Positions 63,666 to 64,000 of a stretch of 64,000 nucleotides of DNA are shown here, piece by piece. How positions within the stretch are numbered: the stretch's first letter is position 1; each line of letters begins with the position of its first letter. The stretch spans positions 83,948,001 to 84,012,000 of the forward strand of contig NC_043000.1 of the NCBI RefSeq assembly GCF_006345805.1, in the 5' to 3' direction. The position numbers and the translations under genes are program-made. Below the pieces are notes generated by a model that was not told where the DNA came from, searched no databases, and saw only the letters and a list, made by a program, of their open reading frames with translations. This DNA is from Octopus sinensis (lineage: Eukaryota).

Positions 63666-63676
63666 TATCTACCTAC

Positions 63677-63791
<115 letters not shown>

Positions 63792-64000
63792 ACTTTCTTT
63801 CTGTCTGTCTGTCCGTCCGTTTGTCCATCTATCCATCCACCCATCCACCCATCCATCCATCTGTCTGTCTATCTCTCTGTCTAACTCTCTCTCTGTTTCT
63901 ATCCATCTATCCATCCTTTCACCCCCCTATCTATCTATCTATCTTCTTCCCTGACACCCTTTGTAGAGAACATTATTATCAACGGTGATCCAACCATGTA

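Overview
This 64-kb window is repeat-saturated eukaryotic DNA, probably from an Octopus genome. That is an inference from the dense TA/TATG/TATC/AAT microsatellites and from tRNA-headed SINE families I recognise as octopus-type; I have not verified it. No intact host protein-coding gene is supportable, and almost all ORF-track entries are translations of microsatellites. Transposon remnants: seven fragments of RLE-type (R4/Dong-like) LINEs sitting in (AAT)n or (TATG)n tracts, three Penelope-like element (PLE) remnants of two types including a near full-length RT+GIY-YIG copy at 56.2-58.3 kb, a decayed full-length Tc1/mariner (maT-like) element, four MITEs or long-TIR elements with visible TSDs or TA flanks, and about 25 SINE copies. 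Two observations stand out. (1) There are several hammerhead-ribozyme folds in short non-coding segments, two of them inserted beside (TA)n tracts inside SINEs; the one at 48993-49054 is fully canonical. They co-occur with PLE ORFs that could act as helpers. (2) Fold-back structures are unusually dense, including a 3.2-kb near-perfect palindrome with a 25-nt spacer. All alignments and folds were done by eye, so most end coordinates are approximate unless a TSD or TIR is quoted.
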